NCBI GenBank assembly: GCA_040384485.1
Contig: JAZKJH010000002.1
Coordinates: 150,235-214,234, forward strand
Direction of reading: 5' to 3'
DNA from: Patescibacteria group bacterium
GTDB lineage: Bacteria; Patescibacteriota; Minisyncoccia; Phycocordibacterales; DATDWN01
DNA: 64,000 bases
In this document: piece by piece, positions 19,909-28,541 of the stretch
Layout: each line of letters opens with the position of its first letter
Numbering within the stretch: the first letter of the stretch is position 1
Program-made: the position numbers and the translations under genes
Notes under the pieces: generated by a model
Seen by the model: the letters and a program-made list of their open reading frames with translations, nothing else
Told to the model about the DNA's origin: nothing
Databases searched by the model: none

Positions 19909-20835
19909 CTATCTCAGTGGCGCTTTTGAATATGTATTTGGGTTTATTGTTTGCTCGAAACAGTGTCGTCCAGCTGGATGTACTCCTGAAATACCTCCGT
20001 AATAGTACATATCGCGAGGAGCAGAAATACTTTCCATTTTGGGATCAGAAGGTAAGTTGAATTCTGCACACAAACTGTAAGTTAAATCTCCAGTCTTTAT
20101 GTACTCGTATGGTTTTTGAGTCTGTGAGTCTATTATAATTGGGTAATAACCAAGTCCCATGCTGTCATTCAATGTTTCCGGTAGCTTTTCATTCTCAGCG
20201 TAAAAACTAGTTATAAAGTTATTTATCTCCTGCAAGTTATTCATCTTATGGTTATCTTGTTTGTACTTTCGTTGTGTAGCAGGTGAACCTAGAACAGCAA
20301 AACCTAGAACAATAGAAATTAGAATAAGCGCGGCAGCAAAAATTCTCCACCCTTTCCTTGATTTTGAAGTAAGTGTTCCTCGAATATCTGATAAATAATA
20401 TGTAAACAAGCTAACTGAAACAACAAACAATGCAAGAACTTTTAGAAGAAAACCTGTTGTTATGTCTTGTCCATCCAAAAAGTAGTACAGAACAGTTACT
20501 AGGTTCCCTACCACAACCAACCCAGCAATAAACAAAGTTACATAGGTAAGTAGTTTGTGAATTCCAGTGTTTCTTGCTTCAAGACTGTGTCTGTATGTTT
20601 TTTCCAAAATCCACATAAGGTAAACAAAGATAGGAAAAACTACAATTAATGCTGCTACTGGCCATGAAATAGACTGACTAGCATTGTAGTAGCTGTATCC
20701 ACTAGTAACCTTTGGATATGCATAGTTAATAACTGTGAACAAAAGGTTCATTAAACTAATGACCACAGTATACAGTGCTACTGTAGCCCCTAAATTCAGA
20801 AAGAAATCTTTTGAATCGAATTTTTTTATATCCAT
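19909..20835 (-). CDS. hypothetical polytopic membrane protein
   Basis: 308 aa; at least 6 predicted TM helices; C-terminal soluble domain. Confidence 0.5.
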   Translation of the reverse strand: MDIKKFDSKDFFLNLGATVALYTVVISLMNLLFTVINYAYPKVTSGYSYYNASQSISWPVAALIVVFPIFVYLMWILEKTYRHSLEARNTGIHKLLTYVTLFIAGLVVVGNLVTVLYYFLDGQDITTGFLLKVLALFVVSVSLFTYYLSDIRGTLTSKSRKGWRIFAAALILISIVLGFAVLGSPATQRKYKQDNHKMNNLQEINNFITSFYAENEKLPETLNDSMGLGYYPIIIDSQTQKPYEYIKTGDLTYSLCAEFNLPSDPKMESISAPRDMYYYGGISGVHPAGRHCFEQTINPNTYSKAPLR

Positions 20836-20858
20836 TTTAAACTAGTTAATTGATAAAA

Positions 20859-21617
20859 TTATTGTTTTGGGTGAGTAGTTTTATTTACAAAACCCTCAAA
20901 CGCCTTCAAAACCTCCATAGGTACCATATATACGACGGTGTTACTCTGATCTGATGACATATCGTTAATTGACTGCAGTGTTCGGAGGTGTAATGCACCA
21001 GGAGCAGAAGCGAGCATTGCGGCAGCTTTTGCCATGTTTTCAGAAGCTGCCAACTCTCCTTCGGATGTAATAATAACGGCTCGCTTCTCCCTTTCAGCTT
21101 CAGCTTGCTTGCCTATAGTTCTCTCTAGCTCTGGTGGCAAAGAAATATCTTTTAGCTCTACATTTTGAACTTTCAATCCCCAAGCATCTGTTTCTTTGTC
21201 CACGATATCGCGAATAGTATCCGCTATCTTATCTCTACTTGAAAGTAGTTCATCCAAAGTAACTCCGCCGACAATATTTCTCATAGTAGTTTGAGCATAT
21301 TGAGAGATAGCATGTTGAAAATCCTCCACTTCGATAATAGCCCTGGATGCATCAGAAACTTTGTAGTAAATAACTGCATTCACTCTTACTGAAACGTTGT
21401 CTTTTGTTATGGCGTTTTGGTCCGGCACATCTACAGCTTTTGTACGAACATCCACTTTTTGGTATGACTGAAAAATAGGAACGACAAGTCTCCATCCTGG
21501 CTCCATAACTCCTGTGAATTTTCCTAGTGTAAATCTAATTCCTCTTTCATATTGGTTTATTTGCTTAATACTACTTAGTAGTATTAAAAATATTATTCCA
21601 AAAAATATATATGACAT
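20859..21617 (-). CDS. SPFH/band-7 (stomatin/prohibitin-like) membrane protein
   Basis: 252 aa; N-terminal TM, then YERGIRFTLGKF...; the C-terminal coiled-coil EAEREKRA is typical of the family. Confidence 0.8.
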   Translation of the reverse strand: MSYIFFGIIFLILLSSIKQINQYERGIRFTLGKFTGVMEPGWRLVVPIFQSYQKVDVRTKAVDVPDQNAITKDNVSVRVNAVIYYKVSDASRAIIEVEDFQHAISQYAQTTMRNIVGGVTLDELLSSRDKIADTIRDIVDKETDAWGLKVQNVELKDISLPPELERTIGKQAEAEREKRAVIITSEGELAASENMAKAAAMLASAPGALHLRTLQSINDMSSDQSNTVVYMVPMEVLKAFEGFVNKTTHPKQ

Positions 21618-21643
21618 TTCTTTTTTGTTAGTCTAGTAAGGTA

Positions 21644-22042
21644 TTATTCTGTTGTAACTCCATCAAACTCTTCTTCGTTTGCCATTGCATCTGCTTTCGT
21701 AACTCTCTCTATGCCGTCCTTGTGATGAGCTGGCATATATATAGTATAAAACTTTAGTGACACCTCGCCGGTATTGATTATGTTGTGAGTGGCTCCTTTT
21801 GGCACAACTACTGCATCTCCGTCACTTATTTCGTATTCTGTTTCATTTATAACAGCCTTACCTGTCCCTTCATCAATTCTAAAAAACTGATCATTCTCTG
21901 GATGAATTTCGCTCCCAATATCTTCTCCTGGAAGAAGTGACATCAGCACAAGCTGACTCTGCTCACCCGTATAAACAACTTTTCTAAAACTCTTGTTCTC
22001 TTTTGTTAATTCCTCAATATTTGCTTTGTATCCTTTTTTCAT
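21644..22042 (-). CDS. cupin-domain protein
   Basis: About 133 aa from MKKGYKAN...; cupin motifs G(X)5HxH-like (IGSEIHPENDQFF...PKGATHNIINTG). Confidence 0.7.
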   Translation of the reverse strand: MKKGYKANIEELTKENKSFRKVVYTGEQSQLVLMSLLPGEDIGSEIHPENDQFFRIDEGTGKAVINETEYEISDGDAVVVPKGATHNIINTGEVSLKFYTIYMPAHHKDGIERVTKADAMANEEEFDGVTTE

Positions 22043-22068
22043 ATGCAATAAGTATAACATACGAAAAA

Positions 22069-22101
22069 AGCTACTTACCACAGAGAGTGTGGTAAGTAGC
22101 T
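22069..22101. terminator. perfect 14-bp hairpin, bidirectional terminator-like
   Basis: agctacttaccaca gagag tgtggtaagtagct. Confidence 0.55.
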
Positions 22102-22114
22102 TAGAACCGAATGA

Positions 22115-22327
22115 TCAGGAACGAGCGTGGGCCTTTTTGGGCTTGCGCTTCTGGCGGTCTTGGAAATACGCGACCGGAAAGCGAAGCAGGAACATCACAA
22201 CAAATGCGATGACGACCCGCTTGAGGGAAAACTCGAACGAATTCCCCTCGGGCACCATGAGGTGCGCGACAACCATCCCAACAAACATTCGTGAAAGAAC
22301 CCAGTTGCCAAAAATCGGAAATTTCAT
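22115..22327 (-). CDS. small 2-TM membrane peptide with basic C-terminal tail (about 70 aa), in a high-GC islet
   Basis: Internal start MKFPIFGNWV... is preceded by AAAGAGG; two hydrophobic helices, ends ...QDRQKRKPKKAHARS; the ORF-track N-terminal extension overlaps the upstream gene's frame region and is probably not translated; coordinates +-2 nt. Confidence 0.45.
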   Translation of the reverse strand: MKFPIFGNWVLSRMFVGMVVAHLMVPEGNSFEFSLKRVVIAFVVMFLLRFPVAYFQDRQKRKPKKAHARS

Positions 22328-22355
22328 TTTTACCTCTTTCAATTGTGATGTGTAC

Positions 22356-22511
22356 TTAATTGTATTCCACTTCAATCCTGAATGTATCTCCGTGCGCACT
22401 AACGAGACTGCCAATTGCCTCATACGGGGTATTGCCACAACCCCAGATTTCGGGGTGACCATCCAGACAGGCATGGTAATCATCGCTACGCTTCGTGATC
22501 ACAATCTTCAT
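22356..22511 (-). CDS. HicB/UPF0150-like antitoxin-fold mini-protein (51 aa; not in ORF track)
   Basis: Hand translation: MKIVITKRSDDYHACLDGHPEIWGCGNTPYEAIGSLVSAHGDTFRIEVEYN; AAAGGAG 7 nt upstream; pattern xDDYxAxxPExxGCGxTxxEAIxxL matches the UPF0150/HicB N-domain consensus; coordinates +-2 nt. Confidence 0.5.
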   Translation of the reverse strand: MKIVITKRSDDYHACLDGHPEIWGCGNTPYEAIGSLVSAHGDTFRIEVEYN

Positions 22512-22542
22512 CAAGGTGCTCCTTTGTCTAAGGTTTAAATAA

Positions 22543-22571
22543 ATTATATATGGATATCAAACTTTTGTCAA
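22543..22571 (-). promoter_or_regulatory. consensus sigma70 promoter for the HicB-like gene (TTGACA-17-TATAAT)
   Basis: Minus strand reads cTTGACAaaagtttgatatccatatATAATt, about 35 nt upstream of the start codon. Confidence 0.5.
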
Positions 22572-22576
22572 GTATT

Positions 22577-23674
22577 TTATATTCTGAATTCTATAATATC
22601 GCCATCTTTGACAATATACTCTTTGCCCTCAGTCCTCACCTGCCCTTTTTCTCTCGCAACTGCATAAGAACCAGAAGAAATTAGATCTGAATAAGCTACA
22701 ATTTCCGCTCGAATAAACTTATCTTTGAAATCCGTGTGAATAGCCTGTCCGGCCACAGGTGCTGTGGAATCTTTCTTCACTGTCCAAGCTCTAGTCTCAT
22801 CCTCTCCAGTCGTAAAATATGTAATAAGGTTTAGTAGCTTGTATCCAGATTTGATTAGCGTATCTATGCCGTCGTCTTTTCCACCAAGTTCTGTTCTGAA
22901 CATTTCTTTTTCATCTCCCTCCAGGTCCTTCAGTTCGTGTTCTATACCAGCGTCTATTAATACCCACTCGTTATTGTTTTGTTTGAAAAATTCTATCAGT
23001 TTTGTATATCTTTCGTCATTCATCTCATCCAAGTTTTTTCCGCCGCCTTTTTTATTCAAAGCATACATAATAGGTTTAGAAGAAAGCAGGTTCATTTGCT
23101 TTACTACAGGCCACTGCTTCTCGTCAAAAGTCATTGTGTTGACCAACTTTCCTTGTTTCAGGTTTTCTAAAACGTTTCCCAAAACCTCGCCTTCGAAAAT
23201 AGCTTCTTTCTTACCAGCTTTTATATCCTTTTGTAAGTTTCCAATACGTTTCGCGACAGTTTCTTCGTCAGCAAGAATAAGTTCCAGGTTTATAACCTCA
23301 ATATCTGAGAGTGGATTGATCTTGCCATCCACGTGAATAACCTTGTCGTCTTCGAAAATTCTCACGACTTCTAGTATCGCGTCAGTCTCTCTGATGTTAG
23401 TTAAGAATTTGTTTCCAAGACCTTCTCCAGTTGATGCACCTTTTACCAGCCCAGCAATATCCACGAACTCAACAACCGCTGGAATAGTTTTTGCTGATTT
23501 CGAAAGTTCAGTTAGTTTCCATAGTCTCTCGTCTGGAACTGGGACGATTCCCACAGATGGATCGATAGTACAAAACGGATAGTTCTCCGCTGGAACTGAC
23601 TTTTTCGTAAGCGCATTAAAAAGCGTGGACTTCCCCACGTTCGGCAGACCTACAATTCCTATAGATAGTGACAT
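22577..23674 (-). CDS. ychF: ribosome-binding ATPase YchF (Obg-family)
   Basis: 365 aa; IGIVGLPNVGKSTLFNALT G1 motif and C-terminal TGS domain. Confidence 0.9.
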   Translation of the reverse strand: MSLSIGIVGLPNVGKSTLFNALTKKSVPAENYPFCTIDPSVGIVPVPDERLWKLTELSKSAKTIPAVVEFVDIAGLVKGASTGEGLGNKFLTNIRETDAILEVVRIFEDDKVIHVDGKINPLSDIEVINLELILADEETVAKRIGNLQKDIKAGKKEAIFEGEVLGNVLENLKQGKLVNTMTFDEKQWPVVKQMNLLSSKPIMYALNKKGGGKNLDEMNDERYTKLIEFFKQNNNEWVLIDAGIEHELKDLEGDEKEMFRTELGGKDDGIDTLIKSGYKLLNLITYFTTGEDETRAWTVKKDSTAPVAGQAIHTDFKDKFIRAEIVAYSDLISSGSYAVAREKGQVRTEGKEYIVKDGDIIEFRI

Positions 23675-23822
23675 AGACTAAAGATAACTAAAAAATGTAA
23701 ATATGTAAAATCACTTGTTAAACTTCCTAATCTATATATCTTGCAAGGTTCAGGCTTACCGTGATATAGTCTGGCTAGTAATAAGAAAAATTCACAACTG
23801 AATGTACCTTGAAGGAGAAGTT

Positions 23823-24518
23823 ATGCAGAGAGTTAGAATCCCAAGAGGCGGTTTGTATAGCAGATTCAATCCACCGTCCTCCCTTGAAGTTGCCTCAACT
23901 AGAATTGATGAGCTTAACAGGGAAATCGAGTACATTGAAAATTCAATTGAATTTTCGGGGCCCAAACAAGGTCAATCCGAACAGGAGTACCAAACTTGGG
24001 TTCAGAAAGCAGTCAGTGCTCTGAGCTACTTCAAAACAGAAAGAGTCTACTTAGTCACATGGACAACCCAGAACCAACCTGGTTCCGCACGTACAGACGG
24101 AACATATGCTAGTTCACTCGCGTACATTGACACTGAAGTAAGAAACTTTCTGGCCTCAGAGGAAGCAAAGTATGTTGAGTTATACTCATACTCACGTCCT
24201 GAGCCAACCAAAGAGCAAGCGATCTCTAGACGTCTTGAGCTAAACAAGCTTATGGACTATTTGGAGAAAAAAGAATTACATCTTAAAAATCTTTCCGACT
24301 CCAAGAAAATTGATATGCAGGATTGGAGATCAATCAGGAAAGGTATTTGGGATCTAAAGTCCAAAATCAAGGTTGAACAACGATATCTCAAACCCCTTGC
24401 AAGACTCGCTAATCGTTCTGGGCCAGCAGTATTTCTACTGGGACTCCTTGAACGTGCGGTATCGGAGGGCTTTAAAATGACCCCTGAAGAGGAATCCCAA
24501 TTCAAGGCTTTGCAATAA
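23823..24518 (+). CDS. hypothetical protein
   Basis: Probable start MQRVRIPRGG (AAGGAG 6 nt upstream); 231 aa, helical, no recognised domain; intermediate GC. Confidence 0.45.
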   Translation: MQRVRIPRGGLYSRFNPPSSLEVASTRIDELNREIEYIENSIEFSGPKQGQSEQEYQTWVQKAVSALSYFKTERVYLVTWTTQNQPGSARTDGTYASSLAYIDTEVRNFLASEEAKYVELYSYSRPEPTKEQAISRRLELNKLMDYLEKKELHLKNLSDSKKIDMQDWRSIRKGIWDLKSKIKVEQRYLKPLARLANRSGPAVFLLGLLERAVSEGFKMTPEEESQFKALQ

Positions 24519-24533
24519 TTTATCTAACACAAT

Positions 24534-24565
24534 CACCTTCCAGTATGCTGGAAGGTGATTTTTTT
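24534..24565 (+). terminator. intrinsic terminator (first of two in tandem)
   Basis: caccttccagtatgctggaaggtg followed by tttttttt. Confidence 0.65.
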
Positions 24566-24586
24566 GAAGTTATTGTATCTGTTGGT

Positions 24587-24614
24587 GCCCCGCAAAACAT
24601 CGCGGGGCTTTTTT
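24587..24614 (+). terminator. intrinsic terminator (second, tandem)
   Basis: gccccgcaaaacatcgcggggc followed by tttttt. Confidence 0.6.
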
Positions 24615-24619
24615 AATAT

Positions 24620-24652
24620 AAAAAAATACCACCCGGGTTTAACGCCGGGTGG
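24620..24652 (-). terminator. intrinsic terminator ending the minus-strand ABC operon
   Basis: ccacccgggtttaacgccgggtgg hairpin with U-run on the minus strand. Confidence 0.6.
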
Positions 24653-24690
24653 CTTGTATCGCACAATGCGATACTCAAACAAAGAACAAA

Positions 24691-25503
24691 TTACAAACTG
24701 GCAAACTGACCTTCGATTGCCTTGACGAAATCCGCGAATTTCTGGGTTTCAGTTACTCCCGGAATCCAGCAAAGATCAAGTGCTTTGAGATCGTAGTCCC
24801 CTACAACCCTCGCACCCGATGTCACATTCCCAGCTTCATCGTGGTCACGACCAAGCAGGATCACTCTGTCTGCCGTTGCACAGGCCATGCGAATGTCATG
24901 GGTTGTGACAATAATCGTGTTCAACTCGTGAGCATTTGCCATTTCAGTGATCAGGATTCTGGCTCTCTCCTTACCGAGGATGTCCAGGTTGGCAAATGGC
25001 TCATCCATCAGAAGAAAATGCTTTGAACACATCATCTGCTGGATAATAGCGACCCTCTGTCGTTGACCACCGGACAACTGAGACGGATAGTTTTTGACCA
25101 CACGGGTCAAGCCAAACCGTTCCAGATACTCCATGGCAATTTTTTCGCCAGTTTTTCCGCCCACAACATCCTTTTTCGAAACCTCGAAGGCTCGAACAAG
25201 GTTACCCAAAACTGTCCGTGACTCGATGAGTGGATAGTCCTGAGCAACAACACCCACTTCTCCCTGTCTTACTGGTTCAGTGTGGTTGTTAATGTAGATA
25301 CCACCTTCGGTGGGTACCTGCAGACCAGCGATGCACCGAAAGAGTTGTGTCTTACCGATGCCCGAGGGTCCGAGTAGAGCCACAATCTGTCCATAGCCAA
25401 GGGTGTTGTAAATCTCAAACTCGAGATCTTCCAAAACCTGGGTCGTTTTGAATGACAACGAAACCACTGCCCTCAATAGCCGTTCACCGACTTGGTATTC
25501 CAT
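24691..25503 (-). CDS. ABC transporter ATP-binding protein (SsuB/TauB-like)
   Basis: 270 aa; Walker A GPSGIGKT, signature LSGGQRQRV, Walker B LLMDEPFANLD; high GC. Confidence 0.85.
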   Translation of the reverse strand: MEYQVGERLLRAVVSLSFKTTQVLEDLEFEIYNTLGYGQIVALLGPSGIGKTQLFRCIAGLQVPTEGGIYINNHTEPVRQGEVGVVAQDYPLIESRTVLGNLVRAFEVSKKDVVGGKTGEKIAMEYLERFGLTRVVKNYPSQLSGGQRQRVAIIQQMMCSKHFLLMDEPFANLDILGKERARILITEMANAHELNTIIVTTHDIRMACATADRVILLGRDHDEAGNVTSGARVVGDYDLKALDLCWIPGVTETQKFADFVKAIEGQFASL

Positions 25504-26375
25504 TATTTTTTTCCTCCCTCACGAAGACCAGCCCATGGAAAAATCTTTCGAGCCTTCACAAAACCGAAGTCAATGAGAAGACCGACAATCCAAAGAAGAA
25601 TCTGGATGGCGTAAACTTCATCCAAATTCCAGGTTCTCTGGGAATTCAAAAGTAGTGTACCAACACCACCTTCGGACCTGGCGATACCTTCCACAGCGGT
25701 CAGCATCATCCAGCCCATTGCCTGGTTCTGACGAAGAATTTCAAGCATTTCAGAGGCACGACCCCGAAGGTCTGTCTCGTACATTGCCTGCCATTCTGAC
25801 ATCCCCATCGTTCGCATGTAATCTCGCTCGGCTTGGGGAACGGCATCAACCATTCTTGCCCAGCCAGCGATACAAAATGCACCCACAAACACAACCAAGA
25901 TAGACAGCTTTAAGCTGTGTGCCCCGGAGGTGTAGTAAGTCAAAATGAGAGTAATACCGGCAGTGCTCAAAAACCTGAAGTTTCCAAACACAGTCACGAT
26001 ACCCTTTGTCACCGACAAACTTCTTGCAATGACTGTCAAAATCCCGATTGGGATAAGGATCAGAATCATTTGAAAGTTGAGTGTCAGACTGACAATAAGT
26101 TCTCTTCCGAGAGCGTTCTCGGTCCAGAGCTTTCCAATTGCATCAACAATTGAAACAGGTCCTGGGAATGTCGACTCAGGAATCATCATCCAAAATCCAA
26201 TTGCAATTGCAATGTGGACAAGAGTGATGACTCGCATCGCCGAACTTGGCAAAGGGACATGCGGCAAGAAAGCTGCAATAGCTTTCCTTCCCCATGTGTT
26301 TGCATTAGCAACACGAAGATTCAAACTCGGTTCTACCGACATTGCAACATCGCGTTTTTTCGACTCTTCTGACAT
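25503..26375 (-). CDS. ABC transporter permease (SsuC/TauC-like)
   Basis: 290 aa; 6 TM; start overlaps the ATPase stop by 1 nt. Confidence 0.8.
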   Translation of the reverse strand: MSEESKKRDVAMSVEPSLNLRVANANTWGRKAIAAFLPHVPLPSSAMRVITLVHIAIAIGFWMMIPESTFPGPVSIVDAIGKLWTENALGRELIVSLTLNFQMILILIPIGILTVIARSLSVTKGIVTVFGNFRFLSTAGITLILTYYTSGAHSLKLSILVVFVGAFCIAGWARMVDAVPQAERDYMRTMGMSEWQAMYETDLRGRASEMLEILRQNQAMGWMMLTAVEGIARSEGGVGTLLLNSQRTWNLDEVYAIQILLWIVGLLIDFGFVKARKIFPWAGLREGGKK

Positions 26376-26571
26376 TTTGCCCTTCCTTTGTAAAAAACTG
26401 TAACTGTCAAAGATCTAATCGTGGACTGATTTTTAAACCCTTCCACCAAACCACTTTCCTGTACTCATTTCTGAATACTTGAAAGGGACTTGGAAAAGGG
26501 TCCGATAGCTGAGCAAGCCCAACTATCGGACCGTAGATTAACCTTATCTTCTACAAGGTGTTAAAGAACAA

Positions 26572-28449
26572 TTATCGACCGATGGTGATTTCCACCCGTC
26601 GATTCCGTGCTCGTTCCGAAGCCAAGTTCTGATTGGCTTCCGGACTGAGAGGCCGGTCGGGACCCATGCCTGACGCGTTCAAGCGTCGGGTATCAATGGC
26701 CCCTCGGGCAATCGCGAGAATCTCCCTTTTCACGCTTTCGGCGCGACGGAAAGACAAACTGCGATTCAAGTCAGCAGACCCCGTGTTGTCCGTATGACCG
26801 ACGATGTCGGCCTTCAGGTTACCGGTTGCAAGCTGACGGTAAATCATTTCGATGGTTGAGAACGAACTGGGGAGTACCCGGTCCGAGCCAACTTCGAAAT
26901 TGATTGCGTAGCTGGTGTTACCAACAACTTCCGATACTGCACCTTCAGAAACGGCTGCAACATCGGCTTTGCCAGCATTCACACCAAGTACTTCGTTCGC
27001 CTTGGCAAGAGCACCCAACTCGAGGATTTCATCCACGGGCTGAAGCTTCTTGATAACAGTCGGCGCAAGATCATGGATCATGGCGCCATACTGTTCATAG
27101 ACGGCAGCGTAAATGTTTGCGCCACCATCCAGACCGTAGTACTGCATCGCATCAGCGTTGTTCCAGACTCGGCTTCCACCGAACTGAACGTCGTATCCCG
27201 CCTTGTTACGATGCCGAACACTCTTGTAAACCTGGACCCATCCGGGCTTTTCAGAAGTACCCTGGGCTGCGAGACCACCCTGGCCCTTGTAAACCAATAC
27301 AGCCATCTCAGCTGCACGCGTAAGCGCAGCGTCTGACGACTTGATCATGTCACTGGCTTCCGAGGTGCCTGCGAAAATCGCCGAAAGTGAATCAACGTTC
27401 TGCTTGCTCCAACCACGAATGGTCAGAACAGTTGACGCCATCTGGTTCAGGTTCTCTCGAGTTGAGATAGCTGAGACCAGTGTATCGCGACTTCCCTTTG
27501 CCATATTGAAATCGGCGGGGCTCCACGATGCAAATGCTTCAACGCAGACGTTCTTCTTTTCGCCGGTGGGTTTTCCGTTGCGGATTACCACTCGTTCTTC
27601 GCAATAAGCGGTGTTGTACTTCTCGACTGCGTCGAGGAAGTCACTGGAATTGAGAAAGTTCACAGCATCAGGATCCCAGGTTTTTTCATCCGGGTTGACC
27701 TTGAGGCCATTCACTTGCGCCCAAAACAGTGCCAGAAGATGGTCACCGTCCCAGAAGTAGTTGGCGATGAGCCCGCCGTTCTCGGTGTTTTTACCGAGAG
27801 CCATTTCGGGCTGGTCCTTCCACTTCACAGGAACGAAAACCTGATCTTCACCGTAGGAAGAACCCACAGCTCCTGCAACAACAACTTCGCAATCCCGTTC
27901 GGGAAGCTTGTTGTCCTTGCAAATCTGACGCATGACTTCGTTCCACTGAGCAATGTAGGCCGGGCCTCCATCACCCATCACGATGACAGCCTGAACTCCA
28001 GCTTCGGGATTTCCCCCTCCACCATTTTCCGCCCATGCTTTCGCAAAGGCAGTGAGTTCATTCTTCATCTGGTTGGTGTCATCTTCGTTGATGAGCTTCA
28101 GATAGGCTCCCCGCTTACCGATGGTTGAATCCGTCAAAGTGACGGGACCGCCATTGGCAAGAAAAAGACCGAACTGTGCGCTCCACTTCATAACATGAAG
28201 TCGAATCTCCTTATTGGCGTTCCGCGTTGCGGGACGACCAGTGGGAAGAACAACCTTCACGTTTGTTGCGACATTGGTACCGACTTCACTGGAGCCAAGC
28301 TCCACTGCCTTCGGCACAGCTGCCTCCCGAATCTTGCGATACGGAAGAAGACTGTCCTGGAAATACCAGCCAAGAGCAACGAGGATGAGAACAAAAGCGA
28401 CTTTGGGAACAATTCCCAGTTTCTGCAGAAAACTCATAACACGCTCCAC
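26572..28449 (-). CDS. periplasmic substrate-binding-protein-like domain fused to a C-terminal OmpA/MotB peptidoglycan-binding domain
   Basis: 625 aa; N-terminal anchor; C-terminal motif GHTDNTGSADLNRSLSFRRAESVKREI...NRRVEI is classic OmpA_C; the central ~450 aa resemble the NMT1/SsuA-type binding fold (tentative). Confidence 0.6.
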   Translation of the reverse strand: MERVMSFLQKLGIVPKVAFVLILVALGWYFQDSLLPYRKIREAAVPKAVELGSSEVGTNVATNVKVVLPTGRPATRNANKEIRLHVMKWSAQFGLFLANGGPVTLTDSTIGKRGAYLKLINEDDTNQMKNELTAFAKAWAENGGGGNPEAGVQAVIVMGDGGPAYIAQWNEVMRQICKDNKLPERDCEVVVAGAVGSSYGEDQVFVPVKWKDQPEMALGKNTENGGLIANYFWDGDHLLALFWAQVNGLKVNPDEKTWDPDAVNFLNSSDFLDAVEKYNTAYCEERVVIRNGKPTGEKKNVCVEAFASWSPADFNMAKGSRDTLVSAISTRENLNQMASTVLTIRGWSKQNVDSLSAIFAGTSEASDMIKSSDAALTRAAEMAVLVYKGQGGLAAQGTSEKPGWVQVYKSVRHRNKAGYDVQFGGSRVWNNADAMQYYGLDGGANIYAAVYEQYGAMIHDLAPTVIKKLQPVDEILELGALAKANEVLGVNAGKADVAAVSEGAVSEVVGNTSYAINFEVGSDRVLPSSFSTIEMIYRQLATGNLKADIVGHTDNTGSADLNRSLSFRRAESVKREILAIARGAIDTRRLNASGMGPDRPLSPEANQNLASERARNRRVEITIGR

Positions 28450-28541
28450 TGTTAAACTGTTTACGAAATTAGGTTTGTATCACCACCAGTTCACTTTGAA
28501 CTAGTGGTGATACGTTAGAGAAAAAATTCTTCTTCCTCTTC

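Noticed and set aside
22115-22483. ORF-track 122-aa reading of 22115-22483 as a single protein
   Set aside because: Its N-terminal 52 codons run in a different frame across the HicB-like mini-gene and have no RBS. The internal start MKFPIFGN has a good SD, so the locus is better explained as two small genes in different frames.
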